Assembly (NCBI GenBank): GCA_038496445.1 | Contig: JALMLS010000593.1 | Coordinates: 62,001 to 126,000, forward strand | Origin: Trichosphaerium sp. ATCC 40318 | Lineage: Eukaryota > Protista > Tubulinea | Direction of reading: 5' to 3' | DNA length: 64,000 bases | Shown: positions 14,401 through 26,541 of the stretch, one piece after another | Numbering within the stretch: the first letter of the stretch is position 1 | Layout of the letters: every line of letters begins with the position of its first letter | Made by a program: the position numbers and the translations under genes | The notes under the pieces: generated by a model | The model's input: only the letters and a program-made list of their open reading frames with translations | Databases searched by the model: none | What the model was told of the DNA's origin: nothing

Positions 14401-15531
14401 ATGAAAAATGCCCTCGCAGATCAATCTTCTGAGCGTACTCAGAATAACAAGATGGAGGAGATTAAAAGAGGTAAAGAGAAGACATGTTTTTTTGTTAGTT
14501 CTTTGCGTGGTTTAACACGTTTGTTTTTAGAAATTGCAAATATCAAGAAGGGTCAAGATGTTGAACTTGCAAAGTATCAGAAGGAAGTAAGAGACCGTGC
14601 AAAGCGTTATAACCAAGCCAAACGTACAAATGAGGAGTTGACAGCACAAATAGATGACCTTAAAGAGTATGCTTAGTGGATTCTTTGTTTCTAGTTTGTC
14701 AATTTAATAATGTTGTTTTAGGTTGGCTGCTAAGAAGGAAGCCAAGTTACAGGCTCTTAGAAAACAGCAAGAAGAGGAAAAACGGCGTAAGCAAAAACAA
14801 ATTGATTTGCACAGCTCAAATATGCGTGGAGCAAAACTTCAAAATGATCAATACAAGAAGCAAAGCGCTAATCTTACGCTCGAAGAAAAAGAAAAACAAC
14901 AAACTTTGAACAAACTTAAAGGCAATCAAAAAAGAAAACTCAAGAAAAAAAATTTTCTTTTTTACTTTCTTTGACGATGTCCTTTCTTTCTTTAATTCTG
15001 ACGTACTTTATAGCTAAGCTTAGTGAAGCTGAGAAAGAGTTGAAAGAACTTGAATCCAAAGGATTCAAAGGCCCATCAAATGAAACAAAGAAGCAGGCAA
15101 AGTCCGAAGGTACGTTCTTCTTCAGTGTTATTTTTTTCTTTTTCTGTTTATTCTGTTATTTAATCTTTGTCTTTAGAGAAGAAAGAAGCACCTGTTGTAA
15201 AGACTGAGAAGAAGCCAGTAGAGGTCAAAGAACCTGTTACTGCTAAAAAGCCAGAACCAAAAGCTAAATCAAATAAGAGACGAAAGAAAAAGCAAAAGTG
15301 CGTCAAACAACATGTGCTGATGTGAGATCTAACTTTTTTTTTTTTTGTTTTAGGAAGAAGCAACCTACAAAACCACGTAAAAGGGTCGTAGAGACTGATA
15401 ACAGTAGAGGAAATTTATTAATGGTTGTTGGTGGTCTTGTAATGATTGTAGCTATTATCATTGGATGGCTATTGCTTTATTCTGATGGTGATTTCGATCT
15501 TCTATTTAATAAGTTGTTTGGCCATAACTAA
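11421..15531 (+). CDS. Tandem calponin-homology, long coiled-coil, C-terminal transmembrane protein (interaptin/nesprin-like architecture)
   Basis: CH1 (IGWFNDEI..GFRDGTALFKILD), CH2 (LTEWAQES..EFKDGKLLAVLAN..RIEYALT), long E/K/Q coiled coil, TM helix LLMVVGGLVMIVAIIIGWLLLY followed by a 16-aa tail. Confidence 0.8.
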
Positions 15532-15815
15532 AGGTCAAAAAAAAAAAAAAGAAAACAGAAGAAAAAAAATCCCCGAAAGAAAAAAATAATACATGTATTC
15601 TACATCGGCCGTAGCATCGCCCTTTTGAAAATAAAAAAAAAAACAAATCACAAAAGGAACTCTACTCACTTTCCAAAATACTAGAGAGCACGTTAGATGT
15701 GAGTACGTCAAAAAGAAGTGAGCAATTAGTTCCCGAACAAAACTTGTTTTTTGTGTAAAGAAAACTTGTCTTAATTGGTCTTTTTGCTATCAAAAACGGA
15801 TAAACCGTGTACTAC

Positions 15816-17914
15816 ATGTTGCTCATAATCACAGTGGTTTCAGCTCTGTGCTTTGTATTATGGATCATTTCTCTGTACAGAAAGCGCATGTACGCAGGAA
15901 TACCGCCAGCAGACTATGGTAATGCATAATACGAGTTACTGCACGCTAACGGTAAAAGGCTTGCCAATATTTGGTCATACAATTGAGATTATGAGTCTGG
16001 AGCATGCTACTTTCTTTAAAAAGTCGTTTGAGCGCTTAGGACCTGAGTTTGCAACTAACATGCTGCTACAAGATTGTGTAATAACCAAGGACACTAAATT
16101 CGCTTTCTGTGGCAAGGTACAATCAAATTTCCGTTCACATTGCAAGTGTCAAGCTAAAACAAAAAGAATCTTGATGTGAGTTGGCCAAAGCATTTCTTCA
16201 GGTTGATTGGTCATGAGTCACTCTCTGCTTGTCCTCTTGGAAAGAAACATCGAGTTCAACGCTCATTACTCAATTTCGCTTTCACAACAAAGTAAGCCAC
16301 GTGACTAGCAAACAAGTTAATCTATTCATCTATCTATTTACAACGTTCCATATTTGCGCTCTGGTCATGGCGAGCTGTGTCGTTGGACATGTGATCGACA
16401 TTGTGACTTATTGTACTTTTCTATTACAGAGCACTTCGTGCTTCCGTGCCTAGAGTATATGAGATTGCAGAAGAAACCTTTGATGAGTGGGGAGAACCAA
16501 AAACTGGTTTCTTTGAAGTGTTACCTGCATGTAGAGCTCTAACATTTAGCATTGTACAACCTTTACGATTTCCCAACACCATTTCGACTCTGATTGTATT
16601 ACAAGGCAAGTCAAGTATTACTGGGAGAAAAGCTATCTTCAGAAGAGGTTGACAGTACGCTCAAACTGTTCAATACATGGGTAAAGCATTTTTCGAAGAA
16701 AAGTTGCCACTAGGGCTGAAATAGGTTTTTTTTGTAGAGGCAGGGTTTCTCTGCGTTTTTGTTTCCTTATGATGTCCCTGGTACAGATTTTGGTAGGGCT
16801 ATGGATGCAAGGCGTAGAATACAAAAAAAGATAGGTGAAGCTATTGACGCAAAGAAGCAATTGCCAGAGGTAATGCCTTCAACATTCCTGCATATTAAAA
16901 GGCTTACAGCAATACAACTAGGACAGAGAAAAAATATCAATTCTAGACAACCTAATGGCTGCTGTGTATGAGCACAAAACAATCCTGATTATGAAGTGTA
17001 ATCTCATTCTAGGGACGAAGATGGAAACAAGCTTTCTCGCCAAGCTTTACTTGATCAGAGTCTCATGCTTCTCTTTGCTGGTACGGTGACTCTTTAACAG
17101 AGATATGTACTCATATCAACTACAATAGGATACGATACTACCTCAGCTTCTTTCTCTTCTATACTTTGGTACTTGGCTAGTAATGATGAGCATTACTCAA
17201 AGCTCTATGAAGAAGTAAAGCATCTAGATAAGCCGCTTGATGAAGGTGATTTCGATGAAATACGACAGTTGCCTTTGCTTGATGCTACAGTAAAAGAGGT
17301 AGCAAGAGCTTCTTTTGATATGGAGTGTCTTAGTATTTTATTACAATAGGCTCTTAGGTTATCTCCTCCATTGACTATTGTTGGTAGAATAGTAAAGAAG
17401 GATATGAAGACACCTTATGTTCGTTGATTACATGGACTTAGAGAACTGTAATTTGACACTTGAAATAGGGAAGCACAGTTCCAGAATCATGGTCAATTCA
17501 AGTACCTATTGGTGCTATTCAGCGTGATCCAAAAAACTTTACGGAACCGGAAAGAGTATGTACCATAAGTGGCTATCAAGTGTTGACTTAACAACAATTG
17601 TTTTAGTTTAATCCGCAACGTTTCATTGACAACAAAATTTCAAATAACATCCATGCTCCTTATGGAGGAGGTAGTCGCATGTGTTTAGGTACTGTGTGGG
17701 TTTATAAAATGAACCACTTTCTATGTATTTGATTTATGTACATAAACGTGATATGTCTTTTTTTTTAGGATACAAGCTTGCTAATTTGGAGATGAAGATT
17801 TTTATCCTTAGAGTTGTATGCAAGTTTACTACACTTACACACCAGAATCATGTCGCTTTTTTCAAACTAATCAATACTCATACCTTTGATATAAAGGTGA
17901 CAAAGAGAGAATAA
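15816..17914 (+). CDS. Cytochrome P450 (resembles CYP26/CYP120-type)
   Basis: N-terminal anchor, GLPIFGHT, I-helix AGYDTTS, EALRLSPP, FNPQRF, heme motif PYGGGSRMCLG. Confidence 0.93.
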
Positions 17915-18040
17915 TCAATAAAAATAAAAGAAACCAAGGTCGGACCGAAATTCTTGGTTACCATAGAATAGATATTTTTTATTATTACACTTTCATCAAA
18001 CAAAATCTGTTTTTTGATGCCTCAAGTTAGTTTCCTTTAT

Positions 18041-20588
18041 TCAAATCTCCAGTGTTTTCTTGTATTTGTTATCAAAATCTACTGGTTCACCTTAAAAAGA
18101 AACATCAGTCAATTGTGTAATAACAATAAAAAAACTACAAAAAAAAATCACGTGCCAGTTGCAAAGAGTAACCAGAAGATACATCCGAAAATATCAATTC
18201 CAGCGGCAATGAGCCAAACAATCGACCAATTATGATGTGAATGGTCAAGTATAGGTCCTACTAGATATACACCCACTTTTGTAAAACAAGAACATGTTAG
18301 TAAGTAACCATAAAATACGCTCAACACAAAATCGTACCAATGCCTAAAAAAACATGAGAAAAAGAATTAATTTGAAACTCCGAAAAAATCACGTGCCTGG
18401 AATTGTTGCAACAGTATTTGTGATACCAAACATGATACCAGCATATTTAGGGTCTAAATCCATATGATTAGGCCCATATCCTGCGAGTGTGGCTCCTATA
18501 AATCCCACTGAAATAGTCATCTGGAAAGTTGTTAAGTAAACTTGATAAACGAACAAAATCTTGGCGTACATAAACGACAGCAATCGTTGGTGAACTGATA
18601 TGTTGGAAACTCAATAATAGCAAGAATAACGCAGGTACAGTCAAACCAATAGCTTGGAAAACCTGTTGATTAACACGTGATTTAGTACACAAATAATAGA
18701 TTTTTTTCTTTAAAAGTTTAGCAATCATACTTTTCTTGTCCACGTCAGAGACAACAACTTTCGATGAATTATTATATCTACAAAACCGTTAACGTGATGG
18801 CATACTAGACTATTCACATACCTGCTATAACACCAACAATAAGAGATACAAGGAACAGTGTTAAGAATGGAATGAAACTAGCAACGCCTGCTTTGCTTAG
18901 ATCATAATGTAAAGAATTCTTCATGAATGAAGGTAACCACATCATTATAACTACAAGACTCTCGTATCAGTTTTCCATTGTTTATAGTCTGCAATGAACT
19001 CGAACGTACCATAAATGTTCCAGTTTGCGCAAAAGTGATTGACAATAATAGCCCACAGTCTTATTGATGTGAGTAAAGACATCCAAGGTATTTCAGAGAG
19101 CTGAAGTTCCTTTGTCTCACCACGAGCTGTGTAACGTTAAAAATCAGGAAAGAAGTAAGAACGTACTTGTTAGTATATAATGTTTTTCGTAAGCAGTCAT
19201 TGGAACAAGCATGCATTCAGCGCTTGCATCATTAGGTGTTGAAGCAGTAAATAACATCCAAAGGATGAACCAGATTCCACCTTTTTTTTTGTTAGCTAAT
19301 ATTTTAATTCTATTATTCCGGTTGTACCTGCTATCCCAAAGCAATAGAACGCAAATTCCCAGCCAAGATCAGGATGATTAACGATATGAGGACTGTGTTT
19401 TAAAAGTTAGCACGTGGTATTATCATTTTCAGTGGTACCTGAGCCACATGGTTACAACAGTGCCCAAGTAAGAACCTAGTACTTAATACACAAAAAAGAA
19501 TTTATAGAAGTCCTGACATACCTGCCCATGCGAACCTATGTATTCTATTAGCATATACAACGATGAATGTATACTGTCTTACGTTACAGCGCCAGATTTT
19601 TCTGAAACAGGAAACCAACTAGCAATTAAATGATGTACAGTCGGATAAGTGACACTTTCTCCAAAACCTTGATGAAAAAAAAGTTAAGACTTTGAACTTA
19701 ACTTTTGTTTTTAAGAGCGACAGAATGCCCTCCCCCTACCTGTTATTATACGGCAAACTACTACAATTGGTAGATAATTTATAGTGAGAGGTGTCACAAT
19801 AGTGAACACTGACGCCCACAACCTATGAAAGAGTAAACGTTTAATCACGTGATATTCAAAAAAAAAAGTCATACACGCCAGCGCCAAACACTATCTTTCC
19901 TCCATACTTCGAAGCCAAAAATCCACCTGGTACCTGTGGTATTATATAACCCCAGAAGAAAGCTGTTGTAATGGTTTATTCCTTTTAAGATCAATATAGA
20001 AACTTACCTGAAAGCACAATACCCTTTGTGAAAAGTTAAGAGAAGATTTCGGTGTATTTTTCTTCCTATACCTTTTCACTTTTAGACCATCCAGCTTGTT
20101 CTGTCATACTTATTATGGCAATACTATCACGTGTAAGAAAACGATACACTACGTTTTATGTACCTTAAATTAACACGCAACGAATAGCAAATGAAGAGAC
20201 CCATATGTATGAGTACAACCTAGAAAAGGTGTCGGCAATGTCATTTGAAATGTTCAGTACAAAACGTGAACAGACACCAAACGGCGTATTTAAAGTGTCA
20301 AAACGTATTAATTTGTGAAACAAGGCCGTATTACTAATAGTAAACAATGACAAAAGCGTCACAACGGGTTTTAAGCCCAAATCCTCATTGTTTTTTTTAA
20401 ACGTTAAAAATACACCTAACGTACCAAAACAAAGCGTGCTGGCACGTAACATTTAGGCTTTTGTATAAAATGTTGTTTTTCTTCTTCAGTTGTATTTATA
20501 AGCCTTGCATCCGCTATAACAAAGTGTTTGGGTTGGTTATTACGCGTTTTAAGGTACTTTTGTCGTAATCGTGTGCGTTGACGTTCAT
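18041..20588 (-). CDS. SLC17/sialin-like MFS anion transporter
   Basis: CYSLRVNLSIAI, SAFFWGYIITQVPGG, GESVTYP, NHMDLDPKYAGIMFGITNTVATIPG; many small exons. Confidence 0.93.
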
Positions 20589-20993
20589 GTTGAAGCGAGC
20601 TTGTGAATGGATTCAATCAAAATCGGTTGACTTCAAAAAAACAGCCGTTACAAACCTAATAACGGAGAAACAAGCGTGTCAGTACAATGCTGTAATGATA
20701 CAATAATAGCGTGAAAGCAATTGAGCAAAACCAAGAACAGGACGGCCTGTTGAACGCCTGTGGGCGCGAAGAAGTAGCGTAGGCGTATTAACAATACAAA
20801 CTGACTGCCCAAAAAAAGAGGCAAAGCAATAAATACGTATAGGTTGCTCAAAGCTTGTGCAAATAGACTGCTGGTTGGGTTGCTGGAATTACGAAAGCGC
20901 GTTGACTTTTACAGGACAGTTTTGGTTATTCAGTCATACTATTATTCCAGTAATTCAAACCGACAACGTTCACGCTACATAAGATATTGTACA

Positions 20994-22459
20994 ATGGCTG
21001 ACGATTTACTACAACTTTTTGCTCGTATGGGCACCACAGACCATGACCAGCTTGTGAGACAGTTCCAAACTGTAATAGAAGGCGCAGAAACAACAGCCTG
21101 TCGTTTTTTCTTGGAGGCAAATAACTGGAACTTACAGGTACCTTTCTTTCATCTCTCGTATGTTGTTACGCTCACTAAAAGGCCTTTACGCCAATTGTGA
21201 AAATGGTTTACTATTTCGCGCCAGCGTACTGACACGCTTAGAACGCCATAGCTTCGTATTTTGATAATGGAGGACCATCCTCTAAATCCCAAGATGTCGT
21301 AAGACCCAACATGCGCTTCATGAGCGAACAAGGTAGCTGGTTTTATCCAATCCACATTCTGACGCTTTTGACTAGATGATGGTGTACCAAAACACCCAAA
21401 CGCGGGTTTTAAACGCAAATGGCGCATAGGCAATCCTGGTACAAATAATTAACGAACGTTACTTTTTTTGTTGTTAATTGGCTTCTTTATAGGTCCAGAG
21501 CAATGGCCTATGGGTGTTTCTGTAGAATACATCGGTGGTGATAGGATGGGAGGACCACAAAGCGAAAAGGTGAGAAAAACCTCTTTTTTTTTTTTTTCCT
21601 TTTTCATTGATTGTTCTTATTCTTATTTTACTCTTAGATGCCTCAATTGGCTCCAGGCGCTCATATTGACGTGGTACATATTTTTTTATATCTCATAATT
21701 AACGCTTATTCCTTCCTCAAAGGAGATAAACTTCGTAGCTCCACCTAATCCTGGTACTTTTGCTGGTAGCTGGATGTTAAGCTGTGATTCTGGTAATGGA
21801 TACCCTATAATGTTTGGAGAACCTATTTGGTGAGTAATAACAGCGCTTCAAAACTCTAAGAGCATATTGAGATCTCGTACCCAAGCATTTGTATTCTTGA
21901 TTTTCCTCGTGTCATGACTTGGTCTATTGAACAAAAAAAAATGTCAAAAGTTTTTTTGTTGTCTTCACTTTTTTTTGTGTCCGTATTTTTTTTTTTTTTT
22001 TTGTACACCCAAGTTTGTTTTACCTTTGTTGCTCACTCACAAACCTAAAATCTCCAGTTTCATACCATAAACTTTGTGTCAGATGACGTCCAAAATCTCA
22101 TGTACAAATGTGTTTGGATTACTTGTCATCTGCCACGAAGTTCACCGCAACCACTCTTTTAGTATCACCAAACAACACGTTTGTTTCTTTTTCTAAAAGC
22201 TCAATAACAAAAAAATCTGACATTCAATAACAGGGTAACAGTTTCTGTCGCGGGATCTAGTTTTCAGTATAGTCAACCACAGGTTGGTGACATGGATATG
22301 TCAATGAATCAAATGCAACAACAACAGCAGCAAATGCAACAAATGCAGCAAATGCAGCAACAACAAATGCAACAGCAACAAATGCAACAACAAGGATTCG
22401 GAAATCCACAAATGCAACAACAACAAATGCAGCAAGATGGAAATCCTATGGACATGTGA
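20994..22459 (+). CDS. ILRUN: ILRUN/C6orf106-like (UBA-like plus NBR1 FW domain) with Q/M-rich tail
   Basis: LLQLFARMGTTDHDQLVRQF..RFFLEANNWNLQ; KRKWRIGNPG..WPMG..APPNPGTFAGSW..FGEPIWV. Confidence 0.9.
22303..22436 (+). repeat. Coding (CAA/CAG)n repeat interspersed with ATG (poly-Q/M tract)
   Basis: Repeated ATG-CAA-CAA/CAG units in the last ILRUN exon. Confidence 0.85.
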
Positions 22460-22617
22460 ACCAAGAAAAAATAGGAGAAAAAGGATACTGTACATAGTTA
22501 ATAAACAGCAAATTAGCAACGCCAATTACGAAGTGCCCATAAGTCAGCAAAATTGAATGGAAAAAGACTTGCCTTAACATTTTTTTTTTTTGTGAAATCA
22601 GAGTTGACACTTGCGGT

Positions 22618-23667
22618 ATGGACCCAGGGAATAGAAAAGTAACCTCACGGCAACCTATCGATCCTAAAAAGGACCCAGAGCCCGCTGATTATCTAACAAC
22701 AGCGTTTAAAGAGTGTTCTAAAGCAATTAAGGCTGAAAGGACCTGTCGTGATATATACGGCAAAGGGGCTGACGAGTGTTATGATTTACGAAGTAGAACC
22801 GATTTTTGCTATGAGAAAGCGTTATGTCCCAAACAATGGTCTAAGGCGTATACCTGTGCGTAGGGGTATCACTGTAGCCGATATTTACGCTGTTTCAGGT
22901 TTATCACGGTTTGACCCAGAACAATGTGCTGCGGAGACAATAGCGGCTTCGTCGTGCCGAGAGAAGTTTTGGATGAGCGTTATAACACCTCCAATGGCCT
23001 CACACTTTAAACAATACGGTACGCGCGTGTAGTTCGCTTGGATGTCCATTGAGTGTCTATTCCTCACTAAACTACTCCTAGAGAGCGCACTCGAAGGCTG
23101 TAGTGGTATTGTAAGCGCTCATGCTCGCTGTGTAGATAGAAGGGTACGCTCAAAGGTTTATTGTAAAAAGGTTAACTTACTGTCTACAGGGTGAAAGGAT
23201 CCCAGAGTGCCTTGATCTAAAACTGGAAAAAGACCAATGTATATATTCTCACTTCACCCCTCCGCAGCTCACAGATACGTTTTCAGCGTGCTTAAAACGA
23301 TTCCCTGTGCGTGATCCTTCGTTGAATGAAATTGCAAAATTGTTCATTTCATATTTACTAAATCACGTGTTTTATAGGATTCTCCTTTCACTGACTGTGC
23401 AGATTTGTTTAAGTTAAATAAGCATTGGCTTAATATTGATGGGAAGGATATACTGTTTTCTTTGGGTTATTCAAAAGATAGTGTGCCAGAAGGAGCTGGT
23501 ATGATGATTTTTTTGGAAAAGAAAAAAAAACAAGAAAACAAGGTTGCTAAAAGTTTTTAGATAATTTACTAGAAGCCCAGTTACGGCCGTTGTTTCTGAC
23601 TGCTCATTATGAAGAATTACAAGAATTTTATAGTGATCATCCAATGTACAATACAAACGATGCATAA
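22618..23667 (+). CDS. Multi-CX9C (CHCH) protein, probably mitochondrial intermembrane space
   Basis: Six exact CX9C motifs after splicing (CSKAIKAERTC, CYDLRSRTDFC, CPKQWSKAYTC, CAAETIAASSC, CSGIVSAHARC, CLDLKLEKDQC); 3' exons less certain. Confidence 0.7.
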
Positions 23668-23780
23668 CAATAATAGAGAAGTAACCGAAGAGTTACTTTT
23701 TTTTTGTTCATTTTTTTTTGATTTTGTTTTGAACAGAGTTCATTCATCAGGTTTTTTCGTTTTACTGAACACGGTCATCA

Positions 23781-26276
23781 TCAACACGTGACACATCCAT
23801 GTGATGCGTTTTCGACAAGCCGAACATACTTACTACAAAAATAATAAGAAGAACAAGGTTTTTTTTTTCATTTTTTTTTCAAACAATTTCATTTTCTGAT
23901 TGGATTTGGTTCGTACTTGAGATATCCTCCTTTAGTAGGTTCTGGTTTTTTCCATTCCGCCTTCCTTTTAGCCAATACTTCTGGTGCAACGTCAAGATCT
24001 ATTGTACGTGTTGTAGCGTCAATAGATACTTGATCACCTTTAAAAAGTTAGCAAAAAAACAACAGTTTGACTATACCGTTTTCAATGAGTGCGATTGGTC
24101 CACAATCGAATGCCTCTGGGCATATATGTCCAATTAGGAATCCATGACTTCCACCAGAAAAGCGTCCATCTGTAAGCATTGCAACATCTGCGCCAAGTCC
24201 TGCTCCCATGATAGCACTTGTTGGTGTCACTTTTGAAAAGAAAGGTTAGTTGCATCATTCTCATTCGTCTGCTGGAAAGAGTTTTTGCGTACACATTTCT
24301 GGCATACCAGGACCTCCTTTTGGTCCTTGGTATCTAATAACAACAACGTGACCCTTCTTAATAAGACCATCAGCTAGAGCTGAGAGTACTCCTTCTTCAT
24401 CATCGAAAACAATCGCTTTTCCTTCAAATTTTGTTCCTTCTTTACCAGTAATCTTGGCAACAGCACCTTCAGGTGCCACATTACCGAACATTGTAGTTAT
24501 ATGTCCTGTTTTCTTTATAGGTTGAGATACTGGTTTTATAATATCTTGATCTGTTGATAGAATGCTTTTAACCTAACACGTGCTTAAGTCAATCAAATAA
24601 ACATATTTTCTCAAAAAATTACGTTTTTCAAATTCTCAGCAAGTGTTTTCCCTGTGACTGTCATAGTGTCTCCTTTAAGAAGACCTTCTTCCAATAGATA
24701 CTTTTGTACACCAGGTACACCACCAACTTGATGTAGATCCTCCATCACATACTTACCACTTGGCTTCAAATCTAATTTTTTGTTTAGCTTGTGACTCAAT
24801 TCTTATCACTGTATTTTCAGCGTACCAGCAATGAATGGTGTTGAGTCACTAATTTGTTGTATATCAGCTAAAGTTAACTCAATCTCAGCAGCTTTTGCCA
24901 TTGCTATCAAGTGAAGAACGGCATTAGTAGACCTACCAATAAACGTTAAAGAATAATACACCATCTAACTTGTATTTTACCCTCCAAGTGCCATAACAAC
25001 TCTCAAAGCATTTTCAAAAGCGTCTTTTGTCATTATATCACGTGGTTTCAAGTCCATTTGAAGTAACTTCAACATCGCTGCTCCTGCTGTCTTACATTCG
25101 ACTACTTTATCATCACTTGTTGCAGGATTTGAAGACGAGAAAGGTAGGGACATGCCAAGTGTTTCAATGGCCGAAGCCATTGTATTACTAGTACTCTGTA
25201 AGTACTTCTCCATCGTATTGATATGATAAGCGTACGCTGTGTACATGCCACCACATGCTCCTGGACCTGGACAAGCATGTCGTACAACTTGCTCTCTCTG
25301 CTCATCAGTTATACTGCCTGGTGATAGAGTAAATCATAATGTTCTAGTAGGATACTGTTACCTGCAAGGTACTCTCCATAACATTGGAATGCTGACACAA
25401 TATCTAATTTAGAACCATCACATGGATTCTTACCAGCTCTTATTGTACCGCCTATTGGTTCAATGCGTAAGCAATACTTAAACCTACTCTCCACGTACCA
25501 TATATCATAATAGAAGGGCGATTAAGTCTAGCCATAGCCATGACACATCCAGGCATATTTTCTTTTTTTGAAGAGTTAAAAAAAATTATTGAGAAAAAAA
25601 GGCGAAAAACAAGCGTACTGTCACAACCAGGAATAGAGATATTGCCATCATACCTTGTTGATTCTTATGAGATATTCAATAATAACAAAAAATGACGTAC
25701 CAGTGCGCTCCAACAACAGTTTCAATGGAATCAGCAATGATATCCCTTGAAGGAAGGGAATACGCCATTCCTGCGTTGCCATTTGTCATTCCATCCGATA
25801 CGCCTACTGTATTGAAACGTAGACCGACCATACCTTCTGAATCAACGCCTAGATATCGTTTTGGAAAGCGGACGTTTAAAAAAAAGTAGTACTTTCTTTA
25901 ACAGCCTTTGAAAGCTCTGGTAAGTGCATATTACACGTATTTCCTTCTAACCAAACGCTTGCTACGCCGATTAACGGTTTTTTCATGTCTTCTGGCTTAA
26001 GACCAACGCCATACACTAAAACCTATTAAATAACGTTTGAGGGAGCTCATTACGCACGCATAGCTTGTGCAGGGCCTGCTTTTTTATCCTGTGTTAACGT
26101 TCGGCTGTATTTGTTTAATCCTTCGACAGAACCACTGGCATATCGCTTAGGTGTCCTTGAGTAGCTCCTCAGCTCTTTGTTTTGTCTGGCAGACAAAAAT
26201 GTCGCCTAGCGCCGTTAAAACTGAATCGAATGCGTATTTTACATACCCCTCGATGTGCTTTTAAAGCTGTAAACAT
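23781..26276 (-). CDS. ilvD: Dihydroxy-acid dehydratase (branched-chain amino acid synthesis), mitochondrial
   Basis: [71 protein letters not shown]. Confidence 0.97.
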
Positions 26277-26541
26277 AATGAATAACAATACGAACTGTAG
26301 AATCCTAAACGTTCCCAAATACGCGTGTGCTTTTTTCTCGAAACGAAACTTTAAAACCACTGGACTTCCACCTTCCAGGGGTGTTTTTTTCCCTTTCTTT
26401 TATAGGTACGTGACCATTCTATTTTGATAAAATTGGTAAAATCAATCAAAAAAGCAAAAAACTGAAGGACATGAAGTGCGCTATTTATCTTTTTACATTA
26501 CCACATTTAACTACGAGGATCTAATATGTCACGTTCTTTGT

